From the NCBI GenBank assembly GCA_013265495.1, contig MU057880.1, positions 310,001-374,000 on the forward strand: a stretch of 64,000 nucleotides of DNA, in the 5' to 3' direction. This document shows positions 1-13,262 of the stretch, one piece after another (position 1 is the stretch's first letter; the number at the start of each line of letters is the position of its first letter). A program made the translations under genes and the position numbers. The DNA comes from Vicugna vicugna (Eukaryota). The notes under the pieces were generated by a model. It was not told where the DNA came from. It ran no database searches and worked only from the letters and a program-made list of their open reading frames with translations.

Positions 1-378
1 TCAGCCATTGTATCAGAAAAGTTTACCAGCCTAGTGTTTTTGTCAGTGGTCTGGAAAATAGAAAATATTTTCCCATGGAAATAACATGGCTGCTGTAGGT
101 AGAGGAAACTGTACAGGATGACTAATCAGTCATGTTATTTTGCCAAATATTTGGCTGTGATGTGCACGCTGTTGAATTCCAATATGGATTCAGGACAGCT
201 TACAGAGATATATTAAATTCAGCAAGGAATTAAAAATAAAAAAACAAAAAGCACTAGCCTAGACTGGCCAACGGACGGGAAAAATGGGGCACCTCATGCG
301 TTTTGAAAGGGGAAGTAAAATATTCAACATGTCTGGAGGGCTCTTTGTACCAACGTTGAAAATGTGCATACTGATTGA

Positions 379-790
379 TCCTGAAATTCCATTCCTCGCA
401 TTGAAGAAGTAAGGGCGTGAGTGTACAGATATGCTTTATAAAGATGTTCATTGAATGTTGTATAATAAAGAATACTTAAAATAATCAAAATGTCCAATGC
501 AAAGAGATTGAGTAAGCAAATAAGGATACATCCCTAAATGGAATATTATTTAATTTTTTTAAAGTTGACTTTTATATTGACATGTAAAGATGTCCGCAAT
601 ATTTCATTGATGTTCAAAACAGGTTATGGATTAAAATGTGTAGTGTAACTACATTTATGTCAGATATATACGTTACAGTTTATACTTGCAGAAGCATCAT
701 GAAAGATACAAAATGAAATTCTTAACAGCGATTCCTTTAAAGGTATGAGAGGAGGGATTGCTTATCATATATTGTTTTAAAATAAAGATG
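379..790 (+). mobile_element. Old L1 (L1ME/L1MC-like) ORF2-end/3'UTR fragment
   Basis: Degenerate match to the L1 3' motif series (aattccattcct ... aagatgttcattg ... aaaatgtccaatgc ... aatggaatattatt); boundaries approximate. Confidence 0.55.
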
Positions 791-1294
791 TCTCTATTTT
801 CAAAATACAACTGGATAACCCATTTCAAATTTTATTTAGATTATGTTGAAGGAATATTTCATTGCATTGGAAAATGCTCACAATCAATTTCTAAGTGAAA
901 AGAAGCAGGTTCTTAACCAGTGTAGACGGGGAAATGGCGATCTTCCAGGTTTATGCATGCATAGAGACTAAGTCTGAAACTTTTGTACCAAAACGTTCAT
1001 AGTGCTGTTTTCATGGGAAGAGTTGATCCAAGTTGCAAATTGAGAGACTAGACTAGGAATGCACCTGCACCATGGAGTCCCGGCTGTGAGAGCGGGACTC
1101 TCCTTCTTGCTCCTGGACCGGAGTCATGGCAGCAGAGATGACACTGCATCCCGGTCAGGGCAGCCCAGGGAGCGGAGTGGAGAGTCCCACTCAGCCTCAG
1201 CAACACCTGGAAAGGGGCATCCTCGAGGAAGTCGCATCTGTGGTGCACATGGTGGCGGGCTAAGACCAAGAGAAGACACACATATCCGCAATTT

Positions 1295-1505
1295 GCTATA
1301 TATTAGGCAATCTGCTAAGGGATTTACATATGAATTACCTGTTTGATCCTCAAAACGATGTTAAGAATAAAATACTATTATCTCCATTTTTTAGATGAAA
1401 ATATTAGTACTTGACAAGTTCATGTTGGTAATTAACCAGCAAATGGCAAAGCTCAGACCAGGAATCAGACCTGCCTGATTGCCAAGACCATACTTTTCAA
1501 CCATT
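1295..1505 (-). mobile_element. MIR SINE
   Basis: Reverse MIR core: tactattatctccatttttagatgaaaat ... ggcaaagctcagaccaggaatcagacctgcctga. Confidence 0.7.
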
Positions 1506-3454
1506 TTATATGCCAGAGTAGATAATGTGGGCTCTGCCTTGGTGCCTTTTCCCCTTGCTTTTAAGGTCTTAGTCAACTCAGTGGAGTCTGCTACTTTGTC
1601 TTGGCTCAGACCGATTCCACCTGGTTGCCATATGGAAACCTACGTGGGGTGCCGGGCAAACGCACAGTGCACTGCATCAAACTCGAGGCATCTCTCTAAA
1701 GTGTGCGGTACAGTTTTCAACCCAGACACCGGGGAGAGAAAATGACTGTCCCCAAGACTGCTGTTCATCTCACTCTGTTCACAAAGTGCTTTGCTACAGT
1801 GACGCCTACCCCCTTGGAAGTCAGCCCACACTTCACTGACAGCCGCCAGTTCTATCGGGTCAATTCCACCTGAATCCACTTGCCTGCAGCGTTGCCAGAG
1901 CGCACAGCTTACCGAGCCATTATTATTTTGTGCCTGTGTCCAGGGAGCTCCACAAAGGATATGTTTTAAAGAGCCTGGAATAGGTAAATAAATAAATAAA
2001 AAGTTCATAGGTAACATGTAATTTACTAGCAAAAAAAAACCACCAAGCACGTGTCACTGCCCTCACAGCCCTCACGGCTCATAGCCTGTTTCCTCCAGTG
2101 ATTACCTGCAGAATTCTACGGTGCAGAAAAACCTGGATTTTGTTTTTCAGCTTACTCCTTGAAATTGGTAGCTGACAGATCTTTCCTTAGCTTGCCTCAA
2201 ACGTCCCGGCTCATCTCCACTGTAAAGGCAACATATTTTCCAAAAAGAACCTCCATCTACACATGAATAACGATGCGTTCGGCATCCCTCTGCTTGCCCG
2301 TCCATTCTATATAGGGGATGTAATCAAGGCTTTAGAAAAACCAGAGCATCTTCTCCTTTCTTTATTGCTCAAAAAAAAAAAAAAAAGAAATGAGGCATTT
2401 AGAGATCTACTTCTCATTCTTCAGCCAGAGGATCCAACTACTTTGTAACTTGCAGCTGGATCTATGACATTCTAATTTTGGTAAGGTTTCTGGCAAAGTT
2501 GGTTGAGACATTTCAGGAGAAAACAGATACTACAGTGGTTACTGCTTGATGGCAACACCGAAAGTGTTTAAAAAACTCTCTGAGCAGTTTGCCTGCTGGG
2601 TTCCATGGACACTCCAGCTTCAGAAAATCTATGAGCTCCTTAAACAGTACACAAAATTTTATGTCAATGTGCAATTTTCCACCACTTATTAAATGTCCAC
2701 TGTGTCTGCACACCAAAACAAGGTTAAACATCACTGAGTCATTCGGTCACACAGGGGAAAGAAACTCTGCTTTTTTACACAAACGTTTATCTCAAGAAAA
2801 CTCATTAATACATCATATTTCGTTATTGCTCATTCACTCCCATCAGGCCAACCTCTATCCCGCTGTGCACTCTGCCCGTTCCTACTTCTAACTTCTTCCA
2901 TTCACCCATCTCCCGGTTGCCTAGGTGGCCCTTCTTTGAAAGCCGACGCTAATGTATTTCTTTCGTAAAGCTTCAGTGACCAACTGTAACTCAGATGGAT
3001 TTCACCTCATTTTTTCACTCTTAGTGTTCTTAGCATCCGGAGAATCACCTCCAGAACGTGTGTGTGCGTGTGTGGGCACACGTGTGTGCACTTTTCATAG
3101 ATGTTTCCTATATGAAGGTGTATCTCCAGATATATCACACAGCACGCATCCTAATCTTACATCTTCAGTATTGTCAAGGATCCAATAGCTCATCAAAACC
3201 AGGTTCAAGTCTTGCTTTTCATGTAGCTCTCACTGTGACTCAAAGTACCTGCTTGCTTAGTTGCTGCTATGAGCTATGAGCAACCCTTGGAAATGCCTGT
3301 AGTTGCAGCATTCCTCTCTGGAACTGGATGACCTTGAAAGAAATCTTTCTTCCCTAAAGTTAGGAACTATGGTGCAACATTATGGAGAGATGAATTTTTA
3401 AAAATATGAAACATTCCCACCAGTCAAACTATAAACTGCGTATCTAGTGCGTAC

Positions 3455-4175
3455 AATTTATCCACAAATTCTGTTACCACTCTTTCCACTATCTGACCCA
3501 TTTCCATTCTTCCAGGGCTACCGCCCTCATTTTATTGTCATGACTGCGACAACCTCCCGGCCGGCCTCTGCTCCATGGGGAGACTTTTTCACAAAGTAGT
3601 GACAGTGAGTCTTTTAAAATGTGAGTCACATCGTGGCACTCCTCTCCTTCAGTTTTCTCCCTACGACCTTCCGTCTTACATTAAATTATGGAGTCCTTAA
3701 AACGGTCCCTAAGGCCCTGGATATTCAGTGGACCACCCTCTACTGTGGTCACAAGTGCTGTAATCTCTCCTTCCTCTTAGTCCACTCCATTCACGCCAAC
3801 AACTCCAGCTCCTACACCAGATTCCCACCTGTTGATCCCATCCAACATACTCCTGTCTCAAGGCATCCATCTTTGTTATAACCTCTGCCTAGCTCGTTGC
3901 CTTCAGATCTCTTCTCACCACCTCCAGATCCATGGGCTTGCTCTGACCCTGCTCCAAAAATACACACACACATATGCACAAAGTCCCCGCCAGCCCCCGT
4001 ATCCTGCAGACCTACCTTATCTCCATTTAACATATGAGATAGTAGTTTATTATCTTTGGTCCCCAGCTGGAGGACAAGTACGTTTGCCTGTTTTGTTTAT
4101 TGCTGTAACCTTAGTGGCTAGAACGTTATCAAACATATACAAACTGCTCGATACATTTTTGTTAAATGATTGCTC
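3455..4175 (+). mobile_element. L2 LINE 3' fragment
   Basis: Pyrimidine-rich L2-like body ending in the typical L2 terminus tgtttattgctgtaacc ... tgctcgatacatttttgttaaatga. Confidence 0.65.
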
Positions 4176-4587
4176 CATATTAGTCAAATTCCTTTTGAAC
4201 AAAGACAGCCACCTAAAAGTACTTTAAAGAACAAAATTATTAAAATGTACATGCAGAAAACACATTGGAAGGCAAAACACCAAAAATGTCCGCAGAAATG
4301 TCAGTGATTCGTCATGACCTAAATTTCTTTAATGGGGATGGTAAAGAGAAGGAAGAATGATTAGGAGACAGGGAGAAGGAGGGGGTTAAGTGGCAGTAAG
4401 ACTTAACCCGTGAGACTGATCATGTGGAAATCTTGAGGCTAAAAATCTACTCTGGAGACCAATGTCCAGAGGTAGTGGGAAAGGGGTACCGTCTCTGATG
4501 TCCAATATTATCAACAGATATCCTGCCCTCTGACAATTAATTATCTGTTTGTTTATTGTCTGCCATTAATGCCCCCCTCCCCACCAA

Positions 4588-5090
4588 GTCAGCCTCAGTG
4601 CTTCTGCCATATCCTCTTAGAATTCTTTACATTTCCGTGTGTACTAGCGACGTCCGTCAGCGTGTTTTCACTCCCAAGAGCCAGGAACCACATCTCTTTA
4701 CAGAAGGATGGACCTCAGGCAGCCAGAACCTCCTGCCTGTGCACACAAGGAACTTGAACTCCCTGGGAATTTATTTCCCATCAGTGGCAACCGCTTTCGC
4801 TAGTGGCTCAGAGTCGCAGAGGGACAAATACTGTCCCCTTGCTTCCCAGTCATGCCAGCCCGAGGTTTTCCCCACACTGTCTCTTGCTCTTCCCTGCAAG
4901 AATAAGTCCAGGTTCCTTTTCATGGAACTTTTCCCCCCGCCCCGGCACCTCGTCCTCGCTCAACCTCTTTCCCTTCCTGGCCTCACTTTCCCACTCTCCT
5001 GCCAGTCCTCCTGGGAGCACGTCCTCATAAATCACTTTCACACAAATCCTTATCTCAGGATTTGCTCCTGGAAAACCCAACCTGAGACTG
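4588..5090 (+). mobile_element. 5' LTR of ancient ERVL provirus (LTR16-like)
   Basis: 3' end tcctgggagcac...ataaatcactttcacacaaatccttatctcaggatttgctcctggaaaacccaacctgagac matches the LTR16 terminus and is followed directly by the ERVL PBS-like tggtaccag; start approximate. Confidence 0.7.
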
Positions 5091-7776
5091 TTGGTACCAG
5101 AAATGATCTTGGAGACTGAAACTCGGGGTAGGATTCTGGAGTTGGCTGACTCACTGGTGAGATGGCCATAGGAACTCCACTGCTGGTGACAGATAAAGGG
5201 ACAAGGACTGGAGGCCATTGCTAACACGTCTGTGTGTGGCAAATCGGGGTGGGATACAAGGGGAAGGGGGTGCCCTGGAATGCGCAGAATCTCTAGCAGT
5301 TGAGACATAAGGCAGTGGTGGTAGTTACAGGAACTGTGGGGTTGTTGGTTATGATGAAGTACCATCCGTGGATTGGAGAAAGGACAGTACAAATTTAGAT
5401 CAACCAGTTATCGATTCAGAGCACAGCGTGAGAGCCACAAGTCCTCCATGGCGGCGTTTAAACAGAATATCGCGTTCTGTAGCTGCAGGGAAGACCTGCC
5501 GAAGAACAAGACCGGGACCAGGGCCAGGAAATTAGCAAAGCTGCGAAAAAGGCTTGTTTGCTCCGTGGCAAGTTACTTTTGCTAAATGTAGATTCTGACA
5601 GAGAAGGAATGGGATCCTGGGACTAGGGAGAGAGAGACCGGAATGCACCCAGAATCACTGAGCCCTCAATGCCCTTAAACCCCTGGGCCTGAGGAAAGGC
5701 CTCCATTCTTCTAGCCAGAGGACAGCAGCTCCCCCACGCTGCCGACTGAGCAGAAGCCTCAACTGAGACCAGTGCTTTGCAAAATTATACTTGCCAATCC
5801 AGATGGGCCAGTTCCTCTCTTCCTGTCTACTGCACCAGCATGAGCTTACAAAGTACAGCCTCTGCTAAGGGAGGAGAGGAATTATTCACTGAAGGAGCTA
5901 AAGAGCTTGGCTAACAGGTGCTGGGAGGAGCTGAAAGAGTATGACTGGATGTGGTCACTGAGGACTGGAAAATGTAGACCAGAAAGCCGCATGGGGAGAG
6001 TTTGTTGCTAGGGGATATGCTCTTGTATCTTAACACCCCAGCGGGAGCACCAAGCCCAGTCCTAATATATCTAGACCGTTTTTTTCCCTGGGAGCTTTGA
6101 AAAGACCAACAACTTACATCAATGAGGTAAAAATACCTGAACTTCCTCAGCAGAGTTTGAGAAAGAGATCAGCAGACTCCAAGAAGTAGGCAAGCTAATT
6201 GTGTAAAATCCAAGTCCCAGAAGACTCCCCCACCACCAAGTGACAGGGACTGCACCGCTGAGGAGGGCGCTGACATTGTCGAGAAGCTGACTGGTGATTG
6301 CTCTCAGCAGGCTAGGATTGAGGTAGGATGACGTTATTTTGCAACTGATGTCCTTGTGTCGGTGGGGAGGGTAGGATTTGGAGGAGCAGAGGCCAGATGC
6401 AGCACTTAACCACCAGGCGAAGAAGACAGTTAACCACAACTGGCATCAAAGCTGCAAGTTGCTATGGTGATCTCTAATAAACCCTGGTGTTTCCAGGACA
6501 AGATAGATGGGCAGACAGCAAGGGCATTGCCTGCTCATATAAAATTTTAAAAATGTTTTTTAAAAAGATGAAGAGCAGATGAACAGAAGACTGGTGTCTT
6601 CTGTACTAAGAGTGTCCAGGCTTGAGCCAGTCCTCAGACACAGAGTCCACTGTTTGAAGGGAAGGCTATGTTCACCTGAAAGAGTATCCTGCAATCCACA
6701 GCAAGGATGTGCAATGTTGACCCTCCCAGTCCTCCCCAAAGGGAACTACGGACACTTACACAGCCAACTGTACACTAGGACACAGGGGATACAGACATGC
6801 ACCTTGTACTTTAAGCTACGGAGTTCACACTAACACTGATACCAGGAGTCTCCAAATTGTTACTCTTATAAGAGTGGGGACATATGGAGCCTGATGATAA
6901 TGGGGTCCTGACCCAGGTCTATTCCACAGGGTGTCCCTGGTCCCACACATCTTCCACGATCCTTGAACACATGCACAGAATAATGTATATAGCAGCTGGC
7001 GTTGATTACACTGGCTCTTTGACCTATGGAGTAAGGGACATCCTTGCAGAAAAAGCCAAGTGCAAGCCCCTGAACTTGTGCCCAAAGACAATAAATCAGA
7101 AACAATACCACGGCCAAGTGCAATGGATGAAATTAGTGATTCGCTCAGATATTTAGAGTATGCAGAGGCAGTAATTTCCACTATATCTCCACTTATTTGA
7201 CAATCTGGACCCTGGAAAAGAAACAGTGCCTATGGCAGATGACTATAACTACTAAGTTGTGGTTCCAGTTGCATTAGCTACACCATGTAATGGTATTTTT
7301 TTCTAAAACAAATGCATTCTTTTCACCAGTTATCAAGAAGAAGGATCAGAAGTGTTTATTCAAGTGAGTGGGTAGAGTTCTACCCTTTAACAACATAATC
7401 TGGAGGGACTTGTGTCAGCTGGACACTCCACAGACCATCACACTGGCCCACTGAATCAGTGATACACCATGATAATTGGACCTAATGTGCAGTAACATGC
7501 ACTCTGAGTGCCTGGAAAGAGAAATGTGTTACGTGGGGAGGGAGATGAAAACCCACTGAAGTTCAGAGACTTGCCACATCAGTGTTGTTTTTAGGGGGCT
7601 GGTGATTTGGAACAAGCCACAGATCTCTTCCAAGATAAAAGACTGAGTTACTACACCTGCACCTCCTCCAGCTACTACGAACATAAAGAACAGAAGTCAG
7701 CAGCCCTCTGCAGGCTTTGCACTTGAGGAGCTTTATTGTATGATTGGGACAGCTGTCAGATCAAGAGAGGGCTTTG

Positions 7777-7960
7777 AAAAAGACAAGAAAAAAAAAAAGG
7801 ATGGGAGAAAGGGTATAGATCAGGTCGTAGACTGCATGCTTAGCATGGCCGAGGTCCTGGGTTCAATTCCCAGTACCTCCTCTAAAAATAAAGAATAAAT
7901 CTAACTACCTCCTCCACCAAAAAAAAAGAAAAGAGAGACAGACAGACAGACAGACTGAGG
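7777..7960 (+). mobile_element. tRNA-Ala-derived camelid SINE (Vic-1-like) with A-rich flanks
   Basis: gggtatagatcagg..tagactgcatgcttagcatggccgaggtcctgggttcaattcccagtacctcc plus A-rich tail; flanking repeat gagagggctttg (7765-7776) / gagagggttttg (7961-7972). Confidence 0.85.
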
Positions 7961-8171
7961 GAGAGGGTTTTGTGCCAGGTTTAGGCTACTATGTAAGTGA
8001 CACTGCTGCTACCTGGGCCATCTGAGAACAGATCCCAAGGTGGAAATATCTGTAGTGAAGGTACTGTTTGGATTCTCTGGCAAGCCCCAAATGGAGAGTC
8101 TCAGCACAGACCCTATAAGGGCCTGGAGAATAGCTTTGACATTCACAGCAGAAAATTATATGCTCCATTTG

Positions 8172-8810
8172 ATACCTTGTAATAGACTGTAATGAAAAAG
8201 AATATGAAAAGAAATATAAATATATAAAGCATATAAATATAATATATGTATAATTGAATCACTATGCTGTACATCAGAAGCAAACACAACATTGTAAACT
8301 GATTATACTTCTGTTACGGAAACGACAGGGCAGCCAAGAAACAAGCACCACTCGGAGGGTTGGAGTCCTCAGATGTATTACGCCGGCGGGTTCAGAGGGG
8401 CTTCTGCTCCGAAGCTCTGAGCACCTCCAAGATGTGCACATGAGGTTTTATAGGGTAAAGTACAAGCTTGGGGTATTCGGCCAATAGGCATGGAACAGCT
8501 TTAGCAGCATCATTATCACAAAAGTGGAGGTGGGGAGGCAGCAAACCAACATTCCAAAGCCAGATATATCTCTTTGAAAACCCAGCTTGCTAACAAAAAA
8601 AAAAAAACATGAACAGCAAACCAACACTAATCAACTTAGATTTACCAGTTAGTCCAGCAGAACTCAGATCAGTATTCCAATGCTTAGATTTGTGAGTTGT
8701 CTTGTTAGCCCAGCCTGGCTTTTCCTTCACACTTCAACTAGAAGAAATTAAAGAGGCAAAAAACAAAAAAGGCTTCAAAAAGATGAGATTCCTTTGAAAC
8801 TAAAACAAAA
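8172..8810 (+). mobile_element. Short L1 3' end split by a solo LTR
   Basis: L1 terminus gaatcactatgctgtacatcagaagcaaacacaacattgtaaactgattatacttc resumes as cttcaa plus A-rich tail after 8731; degenerate flanking repeat aaattatat..atttga on both sides. Confidence 0.8.
8312..8731 (-). mobile_element. Solo LTR, 420 bp (ERV1-class by TSD length)
   Basis: TG...CA termini, 4-bp TSD cttc (8308-8311 / 8732-8735), minus-strand TATA (ctataaaa), retained CpGs. Confidence 0.85.
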
Positions 8811-9964
8811 AGAAATTATATAGTTTATTTGAAAACAAAAATCTGGCATGCTACTGAGTCACTGGTGAGACTGAACAAGTGACGTGGGACAGTAACTGAA
8901 ACACAAACAGAGATTCCCATCAGAAGCAGGATGCTGGTGCACTTACCAAATCGTAAGTTTCTCCAGGCAAGCAACACCTCATCAGACATCCAGGATCGAC
9001 CCTGAGCGTGTCCAGAACTGCCAGTTCCAAACAGTGTCCCAGAACCTTAAACAGTCATCCAAACAGATGTCCCAGATCTCCGTACCACCCACCTCTTGTG
9101 CACCAGTACCTCTTTCTTAGTCTTCTGTGTGATTCTTGACACCAGCTAAAAAGGAAGATAAAACCCAGGCCCAGATCATGGAGGAAGCGACTCAATGTGT
9201 TGATTAAAGCTGAAAATGGAAGGCAGGTTGCTCTGCTCTCCTACTCAGGGAGAGCTCTGAAAAACAGAGCTGCTGTAGAAAACTCCTCCAAAGGGCAGAG
9301 CTTCGGGTAGCATACCATCTCATCCCCGCTGGTCGCAAGAAAAGTGGACTCAGATAAGAATACACATGAGCTTCTGTGCAGTGTCAGCTGCCTTGACTAA
9401 TGGGTCAAAGAACTGGAATCAGCAAGATTGGAAGATTCAGAGAAAAGATTAGGGCGGATTAAGGACATCTGAGGAAGAAGCATGTGGATGGACCAGTGAG
9501 AATGGAACCAAGTCTGTGAACATTTGCACTGGGTGCTGATGCGCACTAGGTAGCAGCCCCTGCAGGGCATGAGATAAACAACCCGTGGACAGGATGTGTC
9601 ATCCTACAGATGCCAGGCAGCCTCTGCCCTTGCCCATCCCAGTGCTAGTGCAGTGGACCCAGCTGCCACGACAGCAGAGATGGAGGTTATCCATGGGCCT
9701 GACATTCTGGGCATCTCTCACCAAGGCTGGTCTAATGATGGATGCTGTTGAGAATCCAACCTGCCATCCCCAGAGACAGATACAGAATCTTCAATATGGT
9801 GTCATCCCATATGGGAACCGAGCAGCCACCTGGGGGCAAGTTTACTAGGTTAGACCCATCCCATAGTTCCAAGCATGAGTCTGCCTCTCCAGCTCATAGT
9901 GCCTCGGTGTGTGGAGTCAATTCAGTGTGGGTACAGATGGATCTGAGCAGTCTGGAGAGGACAC

Positions 9965-10135
9965 TGTCAGGATGCCATCATATCCCATCTGACCCCTTTA
10001 CCTTGTTCATGCTCGCAGGCATCTGGGTGTGCCTTTATTTCCAACATCAATCACCTGCACCTTTTTAGGCTTCTGTAACTCACTCTGCCTGCCTGAATGG
10101 GAGAGCTGAGCATGCCTCAGGAAGCCTGAAGGTAA
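9965..10135 (+). mobile_element. Probable partial 3' LTR of the ERVL provirus
   Basis: Begins tgtcag after a purine tract; weak similarity to the start of the 5' LTR (tgccat..atcc..ctttac). Confidence 0.45.
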
Positions 10136-10245
10136 AGGTGGACCACAAGCAATTCTTACTTCCTTTGAAATTTATTTCAGAATCTCATTTTATATGCAAA
10201 TGATTCTATCTTCAATTAAATATCCCCTCTAGGTTAAAGGAGCCT

Positions 10246-10728
10246 TGTGTTAGAGTTCTCCAGAGAAACAAAACCAACAGTATATTGGTTTTCAGAGAGA
10301 GAGAGAGAGAGAAATTTATTATAAGGACTTGTGTCACAAGATTATGGAGGCTGAGAAGTCCCATGATCTGCCACCTGCACACAGGAGACCCAGGAAAGCC
10401 CGTGGTGTAATTCCACCCTGAGTCGCAAGTCCTGAGAACCAGGAAGCCAGCGGATCAAATCCTAGGCCAAGGCAGGAGAAGACTGACGCCCCAGCTCAAG
10501 CAGACAGGCAGGAAGGGACCAAATCCTCCCTGCCTCCGCTGTTGTTCTACTCAGTCCTCGACAGACTGGATGATGCCCACCCACCCGGAGGACAGCAGTT
10601 CACTTTACTGAGCCACCAATTCAAATGCTAATCTCGACCAGAAACATCCTGACTGTCTCCTCAGAAATAATGTTTCATCTGGGCTCCCCACGGCCCAGTC
10701 AAGCTGACAGATGAGATTAACCATCACA
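10246..10728 (-). mobile_element. MLT2-family LTR (ERVL)
   Basis: tgtgttagagttctccagagaaaca ... ggaggctgagaagtcccatgatctgcc ... gtcaagctgacagatgagattaaccatcaca, with internal (GA)n. Confidence 0.85.
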
Positions 10729-11300
10729 ACTCCCAAAAGATGGATGAAGAATTCGAATTCCTAAGCCACACGGGAACAAGAGGAAAATGGTAGCTTGCAC
10801 TATATCCAACACTGGCTCTTGCATCCAACCTGGGTCTTGCTTTTGTTAACAGGGGGCTCTTTAGAATGGTTCATGGCTTCTCAAGATACTCAGGTAGCAT
10901 GGGCTCCACAGAATAGACTGTAATTGTGGAGGAGGCCAGTTCAGCTCCTGGGGAATTTACACATGACCTGAGTGTTCTGTTTAGATCCCTGAGTCCTGAC
11001 TCCAGGACGCCCATGACTGCTCTCTTTGCTCAAAGCCCATCCCAGTCACCGTCATCTTCAAGGAAGAAAAGCAATGATATGTAAGGTTGAAATTAAAGAA
11101 CAGCAAATCTTGCCAATTCTATCTTCAAATAAAAATCCCAAATCTGACTTCCAATCCTTCTTTCACCAATACAGTTACATCAAAGCTATCATCATTCCCC
11201 TCCTGGATTTTGGTAATACTTTCTATTTTTCCATTCTTGCCCTTGAACCCATCTAGTCTAATCTCAATACAGCCGGTATGTCCTTTTAAAATATGTCAGA

Positions 11301-11775
11301 CTCTAATTTGAAAAGATACATGCACCCCAATGTTCATAGCAACCCTAGTTGCAATGGCCAAAACATGGAAATAACCTAAATGTCCACAACATATATATAC
11401 AATGGAATAATACTCAGTCATAAAAAAGAATAAAAGTATGCTATTTGCAGCAATATGGACAGAACTGGAGATCATCTTTCTAATTGAAGTAAGCCAGAAA
11501 GAGAAAAATACTATATGGTATCACTTGTATGTGGAATCTAAAAAAATGACACAAATGAACTTATTTACAAAACAGAAATAAACTCACAGACATAGAGAAC
11601 AAACTTATTGTTATCGGGGAAATGGTGGGGGGTGGAGGGATAAATTGGGAGTTCAAGGTTTGCAGATACTAATTACTATATATCAAACAGATAAACAACA
11701 AGGTCCTACTGTGTAGCGCAGGGAACTATATTCAATATCCTGTAATAATCTATAGTGAAAAGGAATATGAAAAGG
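11301..11775 (+). mobile_element. L1 ORF2-end/3'UTR fragment, truncated at both ends
   Basis: gatacatgcaccccaatgttcatagca ... tgtggaatctaaaaaa ... gataaacaacaaggtcctact; final ~70 bp and poly(A) absent. Confidence 0.9.
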
Positions 11776-12029
11776 TGTGCCCACTGCTGTGTCAGTGAGC
11801 CCTTGCAGCGGTCTACTAGGTATCTAGTACCTAGTATTTAGTACCTTGCAGCTCTTCTACTAGGTATCTCTGTGCCCTGAAGCACCTTCCCTATGCTTCA
11901 GATGTTTTTGCCTTCTTAGCCATCAAACATTAACATTCCATGTCCTCAGGGAGCCACCTTTCTCCTTATTTGACTACACAGTCTTGCACACAGAAGAAGC
12001 TCAATTACTAGGAGTTAAGTGACTGAAGG

Positions 12030-12544
12030 AGTTACCAAGTTGGAACTCATATTGCTCCCTGCTTGACAGGCTAATAAATCGAGAGACAAGTTGCTGAGGC
12101 AAGGAACAACAACTTTATTTAGAAAGCCAGCAGACTGAGAAGATGGGGGACTGGTGTCCCAAAGAACCATTTTACCCGTGTCAGAATTCAGGCTCCTTTT
12201 ATAACAAAAGGGGAGGGGTGTGGTTGGTTGTTGCAAACTTCTTGGTGTCAGAATCCTTTGTTCTTGCAGCTGTCCACGTGGGTCAGGTCATGGTGTCCCT
12301 GTAAAGCTCCAACAAGATAAATGCTACTTTCTATTCTGCAACTTTTTATCTGTATATGAATGGGAAAGTGTTAACCCTCAAAGGTCAGGACCTTGAGGAT
12401 GGGCTCGCCTGTCTATTTCAGGCTCCAGGCAACATCCTTTTACAAAATGTGCAGAACCAGCGTGACTGAGCACAAGAAAGAGCACAGGGTTAGGGCTAAA
12501 GGAGCAGGTCTCATATGGAGTCAGGTTTGTTCTTCCCCATTACA
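12030..12544 (-). mobile_element. Solo LTR, family A copy 1 (515 bp)
   Basis: 4-bp TSD aagg (12026-12029 / 12545-12548); minus-strand AATAAA; colinear with 21830-22350 and 36287-36774. Confidence 0.9.
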
Positions 12545-13142
12545 AAGGTGGCAGCTTGCTCGTCTATGCTAATGAAACAGACCTCCTGTCCTTTCAAGGC
12601 CACGTGTGCATTTGACAGGGGCCTCTAAGAGACCTTGCACACAGGCCTCACACAAAAGTTATCATTTCAGAGGAGGCGGAGATAAATTAGGATGAGTTTA
12701 GACCCAGGGCAGGTGGTTTGCAGGAAGGACCTTGTAGGGCCCCAAGGTCATTTAGGAATTCAACTGTCTGAATCATTTATTCAGCAAAGAAAATGCCATT
12801 GGCTTTTTTATTTATCATGCTAATGGGACTCTATTTCTAAGAAACAAGAATGAATAAATTCTGCAAAATGGTGTAAACCTGAAAGCGTTCGCTGTCTTGT
12901 CCTCACACAAACAAAAGCTTATCCTGACCCAAAGAAGAAAGTCCAAGAGCAGAGGTGTACAAACATTTGCATGGAAAGGAAGCCCACAATATTTGGCTGA
13001 CTTTTACAGAAGCGCACACTTCTGCCTGCAAGCTGGATATCTAATGTGTGCAAAAGTCACTACAAAATAAAAATGTGTCCTAAAAAAGAGGTTCCTGGAG
13101 ATGAGTTCAGAAATATTCTCAAATACAAAGATACACATTCCA

Positions 13143-13262
13143 TTAAGTCCTAGAGCTCCATTGTACACGACTGTGACCACAGTTCACAAATCTGTATTGT
13201 ACACTTAAAAATCTGTCAAGAAGTGGATCACATGTTAAATGTTCTTAAAACAATTTTTAAAA
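13143..13262 (+). mobile_element. Old L1MA-like 3' terminal fragment
   Basis: taagtcctagag..tgtacac..gtgaccacagtt..tgtattgtacacttaaaaat..atgttaaatgttctt. Confidence 0.6.

Larger units (their letters stand above)
5091..9964 (+). mobile_element. Degenerate ERVL internal region (ERV3-16A3-like gag/pol remnants), interrupted by SINE, L1 and LTR insertions
   Basis: Starts at PBS-like ttggtaccagaa. ORF 6884-7156 retains the ERVL pol-like peptide GSLTYGVRDILAEKAKCKPLNLCPKTINQKQY. Purine-rich ggagagg precedes tgtcagg at the 3' end. Many stops and frameshifts. Confidence 0.75.

Noticed and set aside
4556..5392. 187-aa (+) and 180-aa (-) ORFs
   Set aside because: They lie within the ERVL LTR/leader, have non-ATG starts and resemble no protein I recognise.
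6884..7156. Domesticated ERVL pol gene
   Set aside because: Only 90 codons are open, with stops and frameshifts on both sides and later insertions disrupting pol.
9008..9080. Short imperfect repeats (tgtcccagaac / ccaaacag) resembling a repeat-spacer array
   Set aside because: Only 2-3 irregular units inside the decayed ERVL; a local slippage duplication in eukaryotic DNA, not CRISPR.
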